Source of the DNA: Verrucomicrobiota bacterium
GTDB taxonomy: Bacteria; Verrucomicrobiota; Kiritimatiellia; UBA8416; JBHORK01
Direction: 5' to 3'
Length of the DNA stretch: 64,000 bases
NCBI GenBank assembly: GCA_042565725.1
Contig: JBHORK010000001.1
Location: 4,995 to 68,994, forward strand
Shown: one piece after another, positions 28,178-38,002 of the stretch
Position numbering within the stretch: position 1 is the stretch's first letter
How the letters are laid out: each line of letters starts with the position of its first letter
Notes under the pieces: generated by a model
Database searches by the model: none
What the model was told of the DNA's origin: nothing
Seen by the model: the letters and a program-made list of their open reading frames with translations, nothing else
Translations under genes and position numbers: made by a program

Positions 28178-28906
28178 TCACTTCTTATAAGCATGCACAT
28201 GATATCCAAAGCACAAAAGTTCTGATGAGCCATTATCTTTTTTGCTGAAGCGTAAGAGCATTCGCTGCATAATCAAAACACTCAGCAATTCGAAGAACCT
28301 TGGCTTACTTTTTGAATAACGACTTGAAACAGAGGATATTCTGCAATTCTCCTGCGCGATATATTCAAAAAAATTACCGTTTGGGGTTATCTCGGTGATT
28401 TCTAAACCATTCTCAGTCAGGTGTTTTTCATACCAATACTTATTGAAACCTGTGCAGAAATGATACGGAGAGAAATGTGTCAACGAGCAGAATGGAGCAG
28501 TAATAATCAAGTGCCCTCCAGGTTTGAGTAAGCGTGAAAACTCTTTTATTGCTGGAACCGGATTGGGCAAATGCTCCAGAACTTCTATGCACATTACAGC
28601 ATCAAAAGATGAGTTGGGTTGAGGAATTGAAATAATATCACTGACTATATCCAGTTTTCCGTAATCAAACTCACTTAATTGCAGAGCCGAGGAGTCACCC
28701 TGCCCATCATACCTTCCGAAGTCTTGCGAAACATAATCCAAATGCTTGCAGAATTTGCGATAGCGCTGTGTTCCTGCTCCCGCATCCAATATTCTGCTGT
28801 TTTCAGGAATGGAACGAATTGTTTCTTCCAGCCACCGTTCACGCGTACCTTCATTGTTCACTCCAACGCTGGGTAAGAAAGATTTGAAAAAATTCATAAT
28901 TTTCAT
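28178..28906 (-). CDS. Class I SAM-dependent methyltransferase
   Basis: ILDAGAG, FDAVMCIEVLEH and LLKPGG. Confidence 0.9.
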   Translation of the reverse strand: MKIMNFFKSFLPSVGVNNEGTRERWLEETIRSIPENSRILDAGAGTQRYRKFCKHLDYVSQDFGRYDGQGDSSALQLSEFDYGKLDIVSDIISIPQPNSSFDAVMCIEVLEHLPNPVPAIKEFSRLLKPGGHLIITAPFCSLTHFSPYHFCTGFNKYWYEKHLTENGLEITEITPNGNFFEYIAQENCRISSVSSRYSKSKPRFFELLSVLIMQRMLLRFSKKDNGSSELLCFGYHVHAYKK

Positions 28907-28916
28907 ATTTTAGCCT

Positions 28917-29798
28917 TTACCTCTTCTGCCATCCTTCCGGCAAAAGATCATCCATGTTTCTTGACGCCTGTATTTTTTCGCTGAACCACTGCTTGGGAGC
29001 AAACACCTTCTTGTCTTTCCGCGGGTTCAGCCATGTGCCCCACCATGAAAACGTGCTGTTGGCAATTATGTGATGTTTACATTGACTTATGAGTCGCAGG
29101 TCCTCGTGCGCTTTATCAGGACCATTATGATCACAAACTATTGTATCATAGGATAACTTCAGGTTATTCCGTGCCCATTCAGGATCATCACCAAAAACAA
29201 AGAAATGCGGATCCTTCACACTCTCTGCTGTCTGTTCCACACACTGCAAATAGTAATCAGGACCGCACGTTACAAAAAACTTCGCGAATTTTGGATTGGT
29301 TAAATAATCGCCGCGACGGATGTGAATACTTACTGAGTCTGTCGATACAATTTTTTCTGATATCTCTCTGTTTTTACTTGTTTGAGGAGTTTTTACTGTA
29401 AACTCCTGACGAATGATTTTCTCAATATCAACAAAATATTTTTCGCTTACCCAATGGCCATTCAGATAAACACCGTCTGTCAGACTGAGTATGGAGGGAT
29501 TGAAATGAAAGTGTCTTTCGCTGATCCATGCAGAAGACATGACAGGCTTTTGCAAAAGACAGGAGATCAGTCGGCCGGCCCGCCCGCGTTTTTTATCCAG
29601 CAATTCTTTAATCTCCGCTTGGCTGGCAAATTTTTCATGAATATTGAAATTTCCAAGCCAGTACTCGCGGTCCTTGTAATCTTTGAACCCGGAAATATCG
29701 AGTTTTAGATCAACCCCCAGCTTATAGGCTAACCGTCGGGCCGCAGCATATTGAAACATCTGGTTGCCTAAACCGCCTATAAGTCTAACAATAATCAT
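28917..29798 (-). CDS. Alpha-1,2-fucosyltransferase (GT11)
   Basis: GGLGNQMFQY, SIHIRRGDY and ANSTFSWW. Confidence 0.93.
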   Translation of the reverse strand: MIIVRLIGGLGNQMFQYAAARRLAYKLGVDLKLDISGFKDYKDREYWLGNFNIHEKFASQAEIKELLDKKRGRAGRLISCLLQKPVMSSAWISERHFHFNPSILSLTDGVYLNGHWVSEKYFVDIEKIIRQEFTVKTPQTSKNREISEKIVSTDSVSIHIRRGDYLTNPKFAKFFVTCGPDYYLQCVEQTAESVKDPHFFVFGDDPEWARNNLKLSYDTIVCDHNGPDKAHEDLRLISQCKHHIIANSTFSWWGTWLNPRKDKKVFAPKQWFSEKIQASRNMDDLLPEGWQKR

Positions 29799-29810
29799 TG
29801 CTTAATCATC

Positions 29811-30605
29811 TCATATAGCCGTAAATATAAATAGTCCGCATGCATATTTTGCATCGCGGTAGTCATCCATCTCACAATTCTCTATCAAACGGCCCTTATC
29901 GTCTATGACGGAAAATTCCACCAGTTTCATTCCTTGGCAAAGAGAAACAACTTCGGGAGGATCAATAACCCTATGCGCATTAAAGCATACCCGCGGCTTC
30001 CCTATAGGCAGCGAAAGATATAGCATTCCGCCGGACGCTGTCACACGAGCCAATTCCCTGCATGCTTTGACTGTACCTTCTGTATCAAGTGGATCGCCAT
30101 AGCGGCCAAGCCCAACATGCTCCACAACATGCAGACAGGAAATTGACTCAACACTGTTATCCTCAAGCGGCAGATCCAGAACACTTCCAGACCGGCATTC
30201 AAGATTTTTAACCTCAACAGGCAATGGACGAAGATCAATAGAAACAACTGGAACGAAAGTTGTAAGCCATCCGACCCAGCTGTTATCAGAACCTATATCA
30301 ACATGTTTTTTCGGTCGCCGCTCAAAAACCCGACGCATGGCCCAATACCCTTGATAAAAATACTGCGGGTCAACGTCAGTTGTGCTGGTTTTGTCATATA
30401 AACACGGATAACTGTTCAGAAGTGACAGCCGTTCACGTTTTCTTCGGAGAAGACCGCTGAACTTAATCCAATCCGACCAATACCGTGCCATCCGTACCGG
30501 CCAAGTCAGTATGCTTGCAGGCCTGAATAGTGTGGCATGCCACCTGCGGGAAACCGATCGAGCACTACTAGCCAAACTGTCCTTTTTATCTGTCATATAT
30601 TTCAT
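29811..30605 (-). CDS. DUF268-like methyltransferase
   Basis: HVDIGS, SISCLHVVEHVGLGRYGDPLD and FNAHRV. Confidence 0.85.
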   Translation of the reverse strand: MKYMTDKKDSLASSARSVSRRWHATLFRPASILTWPVRMARYWSDWIKFSGLLRRKRERLSLLNSYPCLYDKTSTTDVDPQYFYQGYWAMRRVFERRPKKHVDIGSDNSWVGWLTTFVPVVSIDLRPLPVEVKNLECRSGSVLDLPLEDNSVESISCLHVVEHVGLGRYGDPLDTEGTVKACRELARVTASGGMLYLSLPIGKPRVCFNAHRVIDPPEVVSLCQGMKLVEFSVIDDKGRLIENCEMDDYRDAKYACGLFIFTAI

Positions 30606-30674
30606 CCGTTTCTTATTCCTTGATTCATATAACTCTTTTTTAGTGCTTTTTGCGGTTAAATAATTTCTCTTCTC

Positions 30675-31580
30675 TTAATCTGTGTATCTGTGGTTTCTCG
30701 CGCCATCCAACCTTCTTATAAATGAATCAAAATAGGTACGCAAAATTTTAAAGTGTCTCGCGAAATTAAATAAATGCAGAATCATAAACTGACGACACAT
30801 CTTACTCGGATCATTAAATGATATTTTTTGTTTTGCACCCGTTCTTTCATCGCTCTCCGGATTGTAGAAAACGCCTTCCCATCTTTTCAGATACGCTTTC
30901 CAGTCAGCCTTCTGCCGTGAAAAATTGGACTGCCGCAACCTAACGTTCGCGTGATGATAGTGTTCAATGAAAGACTGCTTGCAATCAACCACCTCATATC
31001 CTTTATCCCACATCTTCAAGCATAAATCACCATCGGCATGATAAAACTGATATCGCTTTTCATCAATCCAGCTGACCGTTTCAAGCGCCTCCCGTAAATA
31101 CATGCCGTGATTAACAAACATCTTGCCTCCGAGTGTTGAACCAACCCAATACTCATTTCTTCCCGGCCAATCACGCCAGTAAAATGCGACTGCCCCTATT
31201 TTACGTCCATCCCTCAACAGTTTCTCAAACATTTCATAACCATTTTGAATTGAATCCGGAACGACCAGACAGTCGTCACTGATCATACAAACATACTTGC
31301 CGCGTGCCGCCTGAAATCCCTTGTTCATGAAACAGCCCCACGACTGCAGTTTATCCGGATCGGTTGGTCTCTCTTTATTGCCGTATTGGTTAATTACATG
31401 AATATCTTTTCTTGTTTTCAGATACTTCAGAGTTCCATCAGTTGAGCCGCCGTCAACCGCGATAATCTCATATGGCACATTGATGTTGTTGTCGCTGACG
31501 CTCTTAAGTGTTTTCTTTAGAAACCTTTTTCTATTATAAGTACCCAGAACAATAGAGACTGATATTTTATCTTTTTTCAT
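30675..31580 (-). CDS. GT2 glycosyltransferase
   Basis: SIVLGTYNR, VDGGSTDGT and ISDD. Confidence 0.88.
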   Translation of the reverse strand: MKKDKISVSIVLGTYNRKRFLKKTLKSVSDNNINVPYEIIAVDGGSTDGTLKYLKTRKDIHVINQYGNKERPTDPDKLQSWGCFMNKGFQAARGKYVCMISDDCLVVPDSIQNGYEMFEKLLRDGRKIGAVAFYWRDWPGRNEYWVGSTLGGKMFVNHGMYLREALETVSWIDEKRYQFYHADGDLCLKMWDKGYEVVDCKQSFIEHYHHANVRLRQSNFSRQKADWKAYLKRWEGVFYNPESDERTGAKQKISFNDPSKMCRQFMILHLFNFARHFKILRTYFDSFIRRLDGARNHRYTD

Positions 31581-32638
31581 ATTATCTCACTGCGCAGCAT
31601 GAAATCGGCCAGACCCGATATAGTTCCTTGCCATTGTTTGAACCCTGTGTAATGCGCCTTAAGCGCAGTATTGCCTATTCCCTTTAAATCAAGACAAGCT
31701 ATTTTATCCCAGTCCTGTTTTATGGATAAAGGAAAATAATGATACTTCCCCGGACCGGAGAACAAATGTGACGCGTAAGAACCAAAGATTCTTTTTATCC
31801 TGAATGACAAGTCTTTTTCATGTGGGGCCGGAAACAAATAGCCGGATTCACAATGTTTTATGTATTCGTTCATTGTAGGTTTGTCAAAAGCAAAAACCGC
31901 GCAGCCCCTTGCCATTGCTTCAAGAAAAGTTAAACCAACGCCTTCCCTTAGTCGAGGTGCTAAAAGGATATTAGCCTCCCGCATTCCAGCCAGATATTCA
32001 TCGCGCGAAAGATTGGCAGGCAGTTCTTTTACAATTGTTTTGCCTAATCGTGACGGTAACGGATAAGAAACGCTGCTGTTCAACGACGGATCAGTCTGCG
32101 CGCGGAATATCAACCTGTCTATATTGAGGACTGAACAAAACTTTTCCAGGAAGCGAGGGTTCGTTATCCCGCGACGGTTCCAATAAGCCAGGACCCGTTT
32201 GTCGCTCCATTGTGCGGCATGATATTGTGAAGGATCACAATAATAACAAGCTCTAAAAACGTGCAAGCCGGCCCTTTCAGCCTTTTGGGCAACTGCATCG
32301 GAGAAAGCTATTATACGTACATTTATCGATAGCGTATCCCACCATGATTGATTGTAGTTGTAAGCCTGGTCCCACATGGGTACCCATACAATCTTGACGT
32401 CTTTTTTGCTTGAGAGATCAGGAGGCGGAGGGAACATGCAGAAAATAAAAGGTTTAGCGCCGGGTGCATGGTCCGACGGATCAAATTTCTTGCCGTCCCA
32501 GGCCGTAAGTTTTAAATCGATATGTTCACGCAGTGGATTTACCAGTATATCGCTGAACGCGGAACTTACATTAACGTGCCATTCAGGACAATATGCGCAA
32601 ACAGTCTGAGCCATTAGTATTTCCTCGGTTTTGCTCAA
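31577..32638 (-). CDS. GT4-like glycosyltransferase
   Basis: APRLREGVGLTFLEAMARG...PTMNEYI. Confidence 0.8.
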   Translation of the reverse strand: MSKTEEILMAQTVCAYCPEWHVNVSSAFSDILVNPLREHIDLKLTAWDGKKFDPSDHAPGAKPFIFCMFPPPPDLSSKKDVKIVWVPMWDQAYNYNQSWWDTLSINVRIIAFSDAVAQKAERAGLHVFRACYYCDPSQYHAAQWSDKRVLAYWNRRGITNPRFLEKFCSVLNIDRLIFRAQTDPSLNSSVSYPLPSRLGKTIVKELPANLSRDEYLAGMREANILLAPRLREGVGLTFLEAMARGCAVFAFDKPTMNEYIKHCESGYLFPAPHEKDLSFRIKRIFGSYASHLFSGPGKYHYFPLSIKQDWDKIACLDLKGIGNTALKAHYTGFKQWQGTISGLADFMLRSEII

Positions 32639-32662
32639 CCTCTGAACCGGTAATATTTGCAG

Positions 32663-33430
32663 TTACGATTCGGCCGAAATAACGGGAACGAGAGAAAAAG
32701 TATTTTCGGTCGGCGTATCTGTAACAGTAAATGGTCCTTCAAAGGGACCATTTAAGCAATTCCATTCGTATTTAAACCCAAGACCAACAAGGATCGCATC
32801 CAATTCTGACATTGTCCATTCACGCAGATGCCAGTAATTCCTGGGTTGCCCGTTTGGAAGCGTGTTTTGGGGCTGACGATTCGGAGTGGTAATAAAAATC
32901 GATCGCCGAGCCACCCTTGCCATTTCTAACAACATACCTTTGTAATTCTCTGTATGCTCAATGACTTCCACGCATGTTACGACATCAAAAGTCTTGTCTT
33001 CGAAAGGAAGGCGTTTGCCATCATATAACATAACTTTTCTGATATGCGGATGTTCTTCAAATATCCGACAGCCACGCTTTACAGCTAAGGGGTCTACATC
33101 GATTCCGACAAGATTATTCACCTTGGCAGCCATAATCTGCAAGCCGTATCCCAGCCCAAACCCCAGGTCAAGTATGGTGTCTGTTGGTTTCAGATATTTG
33201 TCCCGGCAAAGAAGATAAGCTTCGACCTGGGCCGGAACCTCCAATGGATTATCAAGGGTGGAATACTCAGAAGGATGCAGCAGAGAGGAAGGTTGCGCGC
33301 AACACTTCAAAAAACGGTTCCACACTGCCCGAATGCCGGCAGTGATTATTGGGGGGATAATGCTGACGGCGATCTTTTGCGCATACTCCTTCAAATGTCT
33401 CATGAAATCACTTGCCTTTCTAATGTTCAC
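32663..33430 (-). CDS. Class I SAM-dependent methyltransferase
   Basis: ILDLGFGLGYG, FDVVTCVEVIEH and TTPNR. Confidence 0.88.
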   Translation of the reverse strand: MNIRKASDFMRHLKEYAQKIAVSIIPPIITAGIRAVWNRFLKCCAQPSSLLHPSEYSTLDNPLEVPAQVEAYLLCRDKYLKPTDTILDLGFGLGYGLQIMAAKVNNLVGIDVDPLAVKRGCRIFEEHPHIRKVMLYDGKRLPFEDKTFDVVTCVEVIEHTENYKGMLLEMARVARRSIFITTPNRQPQNTLPNGQPRNYWHLREWTMSELDAILVGLGFKYEWNCLNGPFEGPFTVTDTPTENTFSLVPVISAES

Positions 33431-35439
33431 TTTACGTTTTTTTGCCCGATAAAGTAAATAGAGTTAAACATATAAACATCGGTAGGAATAATTACATGTT
33501 TTCTGAACAGCTCGTTATAATTTTTGGACAGAAATTCTAATATTACATCTTCCGCTACACGGAGCGGATGGCCCGCGTCGTAAATCTTGCCGGTAAGAAC
33601 GTTAATTGCTTCGTTTTTAATGAGTTTATCATGAAATATCAGAATCCCGCCCGGCGCCGTAAGTGAAATAATATGTTCAAAAACTTTGGGTGCAAGAAAA
33701 CAATGTTCAAGCACATTGATCATAACAACCAGGTCAAATCTCTTATCGCTGGTAAAATTCTCAATCGGTTTAGCAATCGCATGGACTTTCCTGCCAAACC
33801 ATCCACCAAGCCGCTTGTGTTTATACGCGCAGTGCTGATGAGACAGATAGCTGTTGATAAGCGGATCGAGCAGTGTCACTTCGCCGCATTTGATATGCTT
33901 CAGAATACGGGCCATGTTGGTAAATGGGCCGCAGCCTATCTCAATGGCTTTGTCAAAATACATGCCCTGAATAGTTTTATAGTTGTCAAAATGTTTCTCA
34001 TGCTCACTGTTTCGATCTTCTCGGGCTTTACATCCGGCTTCCATCCATGTTCTTTGTTCGTAACGCTGTGCTTCTTTCCAGCGCCCCATATCTACCTGGG
34101 TAATGCCCTGTCGCTCTTGAAGAAATCGTTTGTCGTTCCTTGACGCAAGATTAGTTGTCGCGTCGTTACCAACAGAGATATTAAGATGTTCGTCAACGAA
34201 AAACGACTCCATTCTGGTTTCTCGCTTGTCCGTTTTGCGATCAATAACATGGCGTATAGCATTCTTCATATTTAGCGAGAAAACATCAGCAGAAAATTTC
34301 GCAATTGCCGCTTTTCGTGTTCGTTGAGCCATTTCTTCGCACCATTCCGGCGGGCGTTGTGACAGGTCTTTAACGGCTTCTACAATTCCTTCTATAGAAC
34401 AGGTGTTCAGGGTAATGCCATAGTCATTTGTGTCTATATTTGTTTCCTGGCTTACCACAGGGATTAAACCCTGATGCATACACTCCACCGCAGATCCCGG
34501 TTGGCCTTCGGCACAAAATGGCTGAATTACAAAAGCGCACTTGTCCGCTAATTCGTAGAACTGTGAACTTCTTGCTGGAACCAGCCCGACCAGATGAATG
34601 TTTGGATAATCGTTAAGTTCGCGCCTGTAAAGTTTGTAAAATCCAGGACTCATCCCCTGGCAAATATATAGATGTGTATCCATCTGGACAAACGCTTCAA
34701 GCAGGATGTCCAGGCCTTTATGAATATTCCCGCTGCCCGAGAAGAACAGGAAATTGCTTCGTGCAGCAGAAAAATTCTTTTTAATCTGATCATAATGATC
34801 ATCTGGATACGCAGCGTTATTTAAATTAAGAACAGAGGGAAATTGTGAGTATGATTCTCTGGCATGTTTGTTGCCTAAGCAAATGATCGCGTCTGCGGAG
34901 CGATTAGCATGTTCTTCACTGTGATTGATCCAGCGATCGTGGGGCAGGCGAACCCCGCGCCGTTCTTCAAGCTGGCGAAAACGTTCAGCTTCTTTCCTGT
35001 TAAAATCCTTCCAGTAAATACCTGTCGAAAAATATATTTTAATTGTGTCCACGGACAGGTTTCGCGCGATACCTTCAAAGTTATACCCACCATTGCCAAT
35101 GAAGAGGTCATAGCCCTTGCGGGGTACAAATTTAGTATCTGTGTATTGTATGACATCTACCGAGTAACCTAGTTCATTAAGAACATTCACAATACTGCGC
35201 GCGATTCCAGTATTACTGAATTGAACGTTGATAGGATCATCTGGAGATAATCTGAACGGGTCGGTTATATATGATAGTAAGGCCCGTTTCGATTGGTTGC
35301 TGTTGTTTGATGACGCGCCTGCATCATAAACGGGGGCGGGATGCTTCTGCCATCTTGCGCAAAGCCAATTCTTGACAGTTTTTGTGACTCCGCGCCGAAT
35401 GCCGGCTGAAATTAGATTTAAAATCTCCATATGTTTCAC
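33427..35439 (-). CDS. Fused GT4 glycosyltransferase and C-terminal methyltransferase
   Basis: GT-B motifs GNIHKGLDILLEAF and EGQPGSAVEC; methyltransferase motifs IEIGCGP and INVLEHC. Confidence 0.85.
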   Translation of the reverse strand: MKHMEILNLISAGIRRGVTKTVKNWLCARWQKHPAPVYDAGASSNNSNQSKRALLSYITDPFRLSPDDPINVQFSNTGIARSIVNVLNELGYSVDVIQYTDTKFVPRKGYDLFIGNGGYNFEGIARNLSVDTIKIYFSTGIYWKDFNRKEAERFRQLEERRGVRLPHDRWINHSEEHANRSADAIICLGNKHARESYSQFPSVLNLNNAAYPDDHYDQIKKNFSAARSNFLFFSGSGNIHKGLDILLEAFVQMDTHLYICQGMSPGFYKLYRRELNDYPNIHLVGLVPARSSQFYELADKCAFVIQPFCAEGQPGSAVECMHQGLIPVVSQETNIDTNDYGITLNTCSIEGIVEAVKDLSQRPPEWCEEMAQRTRKAAIAKFSADVFSLNMKNAIRHVIDRKTDKRETRMESFFVDEHLNISVGNDATTNLASRNDKRFLQERQGITQVDMGRWKEAQRYEQRTWMEAGCKAREDRNSEHEKHFDNYKTIQGMYFDKAIEIGCGPFTNMARILKHIKCGEVTLLDPLINSYLSHQHCAYKHKRLGGWFGRKVHAIAKPIENFTSDKRFDLVVMINVLEHCFLAPKVFEHIISLTAPGGILIFHDKLIKNEAINVLTGKIYDAGHPLRVAEDVILEFLSKNYNELFRKHVIIPTDVYMFNSIYFIGQKNVK

Positions 35440-35529
35440 ATCTCAATATAATACGTTTGTAAAACCCAGAAACAGCCGGCTTATTGTACTGATGATAACA
35501 TGTCTCAATCGGCAACTTATTGAACAGGG

Positions 35530-36303
35530 TTACAGACCACTTCCTTTTTTAGCTTTGTCATTCCGCAAGATAATCAGATGATTCTTGCCACGAGGATCAG
35601 TGACTTTTTCCTTTTCAAGCGTAAAACCAGGAAGAAAGATTAGGTATTGTGTGGAAGTTTGTTTGATATTCACATGCATCCTGCTGTACCTAGATCTGTT
35701 GGAACTAATAGGGGTATCAATATATAGATGCCCCCCTGGTTTAAGTAGCCGAGCGACGTTGTTAAAGACAATCTTTAGCTCCCAGTCGAACAAATGTTCC
35801 GCAATATCTATCATCAAGATTCCATCAAACGGTTCTGTCTCGAATCTGGGAAGAAATTCCACAATATCTGCTTGAATGACTTCTGCTTTCCCAAGAATTT
35901 TACGGGAGATTTCAATAGCGGCAGTGCTGTAATCGACACTGACAACTCGTTTAGCTTTTTTCTTTAGATGAAGCGAGAGTTCCCCCCTTCCACAACCTAG
36001 ATTCAGGAATACGCCTCCATCTATATTTTGAATCTCGGCAAATACGGATGCTGATCTGCCTGACAGTTTCTCGCCTTGGCTTATCAAAAATTCTCGGCTT
36101 CCCTCACAGCCGTCAGGATCAAGATAATACTCTCTCGTATGGATATCCATGGGCACCTTCAGTTTCCGAAAGCCAGAGTATAATTGCAACACCCCTAACA
36201 TTGAGAGCAGTTCTAATAAATCACCGTTGCTTATACGCCTAATTGCCCTCCTGAAGGCAGTCAGAAAAGGTATTCGTCGTAATATGTTTTTTAATTGTTC
36301 CAC
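35530..36303 (-). CDS. Class I SAM-dependent methyltransferase
   Basis: LNLGCGRGE, VDYS, DIAEHL and LLKPGG. Confidence 0.85.
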   Translation of the reverse strand: MEQLKNILRRIPFLTAFRRAIRRISNGDLLELLSMLGVLQLYSGFRKLKVPMDIHTREYYLDPDGCEGSREFLISQGEKLSGRSASVFAEIQNIDGGVFLNLGCGRGELSLHLKKKAKRVVSVDYSTAAIEISRKILGKAEVIQADIVEFLPRFETEPFDGILMIDIAEHLFDWELKIVFNNVARLLKPGGHLYIDTPISSNRSRYSRMHVNIKQTSTQYLIFLPGFTLEKEKVTDPRGKNHLIILRNDKAKKGSGL

Positions 36304-36362
36304 ATTTCCATCAAATTAAAGATAAGATGAACCATTATGTAGTCTATTACACAAATGGTATA

Positions 36363-37667
36363 TTATTTAGTCTGTTCAGTTTTCCAATCTAAAACAGGTG
36401 CGATTACACCCTGCCTTCCCTGAGAGATCTTAGATTCTACGCTTCCGGTATCTATAACCTCAAACATAAGAACACGAGGCAGCTCATCCAGGATACGAAC
36501 GTTGGGGATGCTGGAAGCCACGTCAATATAGTAACGGCCAGGGCGAAGGTATTCAGGCGGAATATGACATTGGGCAATATACCGTCCCGGTTCGCGCTTT
36601 GTTGTTATGGATGAAGGATTGTTGTCCACATCCGTGCTGGTGAAAACACAGTGCCCACTGCTATTCCAAAGTATAAATCCAATATTGGCACTTCGAAAAG
36701 GGTGCAGTATTTCATATTCAATTTCTAGATTGCATCCTTCAATCAGGTCAACTTGGGCTGTAATCTCACCCATTGGTTTGCGAACGCGGACACAACTGAA
36801 ACGGAAATCATCACTCAATTTATGCCGCCTTTGTGGGGCTGTTGCCTCTCCGCTTAAGGTGATATCTGCGTTAAGATAATGATCTACCACGCTTTTAATT
36901 TTGCCTGTCTTAACTATATTACCATTATCTAATAGAATTCCCCTTGAACATAAATTCAGAACCGTTGCCATGTTATGGCTTACGAATAATACTGTGCGGC
37001 CTTCTTTGGCAACATCATTCATCCTGCCCAGGCATTTCTTCTGAAACGCTGTATCGCCAACGGCCAGCACTTCGTCGACAAGAAGAATATCCGGCTCCAG
37101 ATGAGCGGCCACGGAAAAGGCCAGACGCACATACATCCCGCTTGAGTAACGTTTGACAGGTGTATCTATGAACTTCTCAATCTCTGCAAAGCTTACGATT
37201 TCATCAAACTTCTTTTCTATTTCCGCCTTGCGCATCCCCAGTATCGCGCCATTAAGAAAGATGTTTTCGCGGCCCGTCAGTTCCGGATGAAAACCCGTGC
37301 CCACTTCGAGAAGGGAACCGATACGCCCACGGATATCCGCCTCTCCCTCAGTTGGCGCGGTAATACGTGACAGAATCTTTAATAACGTAGATTTCCCTGC
37401 TCCGTTGCGGCCAATTATACCCAGCACTTCTCCTTCCTTTATATCCAGATTAATATCCCGCAGGGCCCATATATAACCAGAAGCAGTATTTGTCGGACTG
37501 TCATCCGTGCCGCCGCTTATCAGTGTGTGTGCGGCACGTTTCGCTTTTCGGCTGTAATGACGCCCCATGGCCATCAGGACTTCACGAAACGTACGGGAAA
37601 AATCAACTGTCTCGCCCAGTCGATATCGCTTTCCCAAACCTCTTATACTTATTGCAGTCTCACTCAT
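36363..37667 (-). CDS. wzt: Polysaccharide ABC exporter ATPase with C-terminal carbohydrate-binding domain
   Basis: GRNGAGKST, YSSGMYVRLAF, VDEVLAVGD and a C-terminal extension. Confidence 0.93.
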   Translation of the reverse strand: MSETAISIRGLGKRYRLGETVDFSRTFREVLMAMGRHYSRKAKRAAHTLISGGTDDSPTNTASGYIWALRDINLDIKEGEVLGIIGRNGAGKSTLLKILSRITAPTEGEADIRGRIGSLLEVGTGFHPELTGRENIFLNGAILGMRKAEIEKKFDEIVSFAEIEKFIDTPVKRYSSGMYVRLAFSVAAHLEPDILLVDEVLAVGDTAFQKKCLGRMNDVAKEGRTVLFVSHNMATVLNLCSRGILLDNGNIVKTGKIKSVVDHYLNADITLSGEATAPQRRHKLSDDFRFSCVRVRKPMGEITAQVDLIEGCNLEIEYEILHPFRSANIGFILWNSSGHCVFTSTDVDNNPSSITTKREPGRYIAQCHIPPEYLRPGRYYIDVASSIPNVRILDELPRVLMFEVIDTGSVESKISQGRQGVIAPVLDWKTEQTK

Positions 37668-37670
37668 AAA

Positions 37671-38002
37671 GTGTATCTCGTATTGCGTGAAGCGTATTTC
37701 GTATCTTGTTTTCCGCTTATTATAATTTCTTTATTAAATTTCTTGTCATTCGCGGTCGAAATCGGGATTGGGATCGCTATCGAGAAACAATATGGGACTT
37801 GGGTACGGGAAATGGGATGTTTGTCGTTTGAGAATAAGTGAAAGAACAATCTTCTTGTTATAAAACAGGGAAAATCGATTTCGATAGCGATAGCGATTTC
37901 GACGAGGTGTAACCATATGCCCAAATCCCTGAAGTTTCTTGTCTTAGTTTCTCCGCTTTTCATGTTTCCTTTTCACTCTTCACGAAATACGCTTCACGTT
38001 TC
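37671..38002. pseudogene. Nested, internally deleted four-helix-bundle (23S rRNA-IVP-like) gene relics flanked by inverted short repeats
   Basis: Minus strand: MKSGETKTRNFRDLGIW ... RMTRNLIKKL*. Plus strand: MGLGYGKWDVCRL ... KIDFDSDSDFDEV*. Outer IR CGTGAAGCGTATTTCGT; inner IR GTCGAAATCG. Confidence 0.6.
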
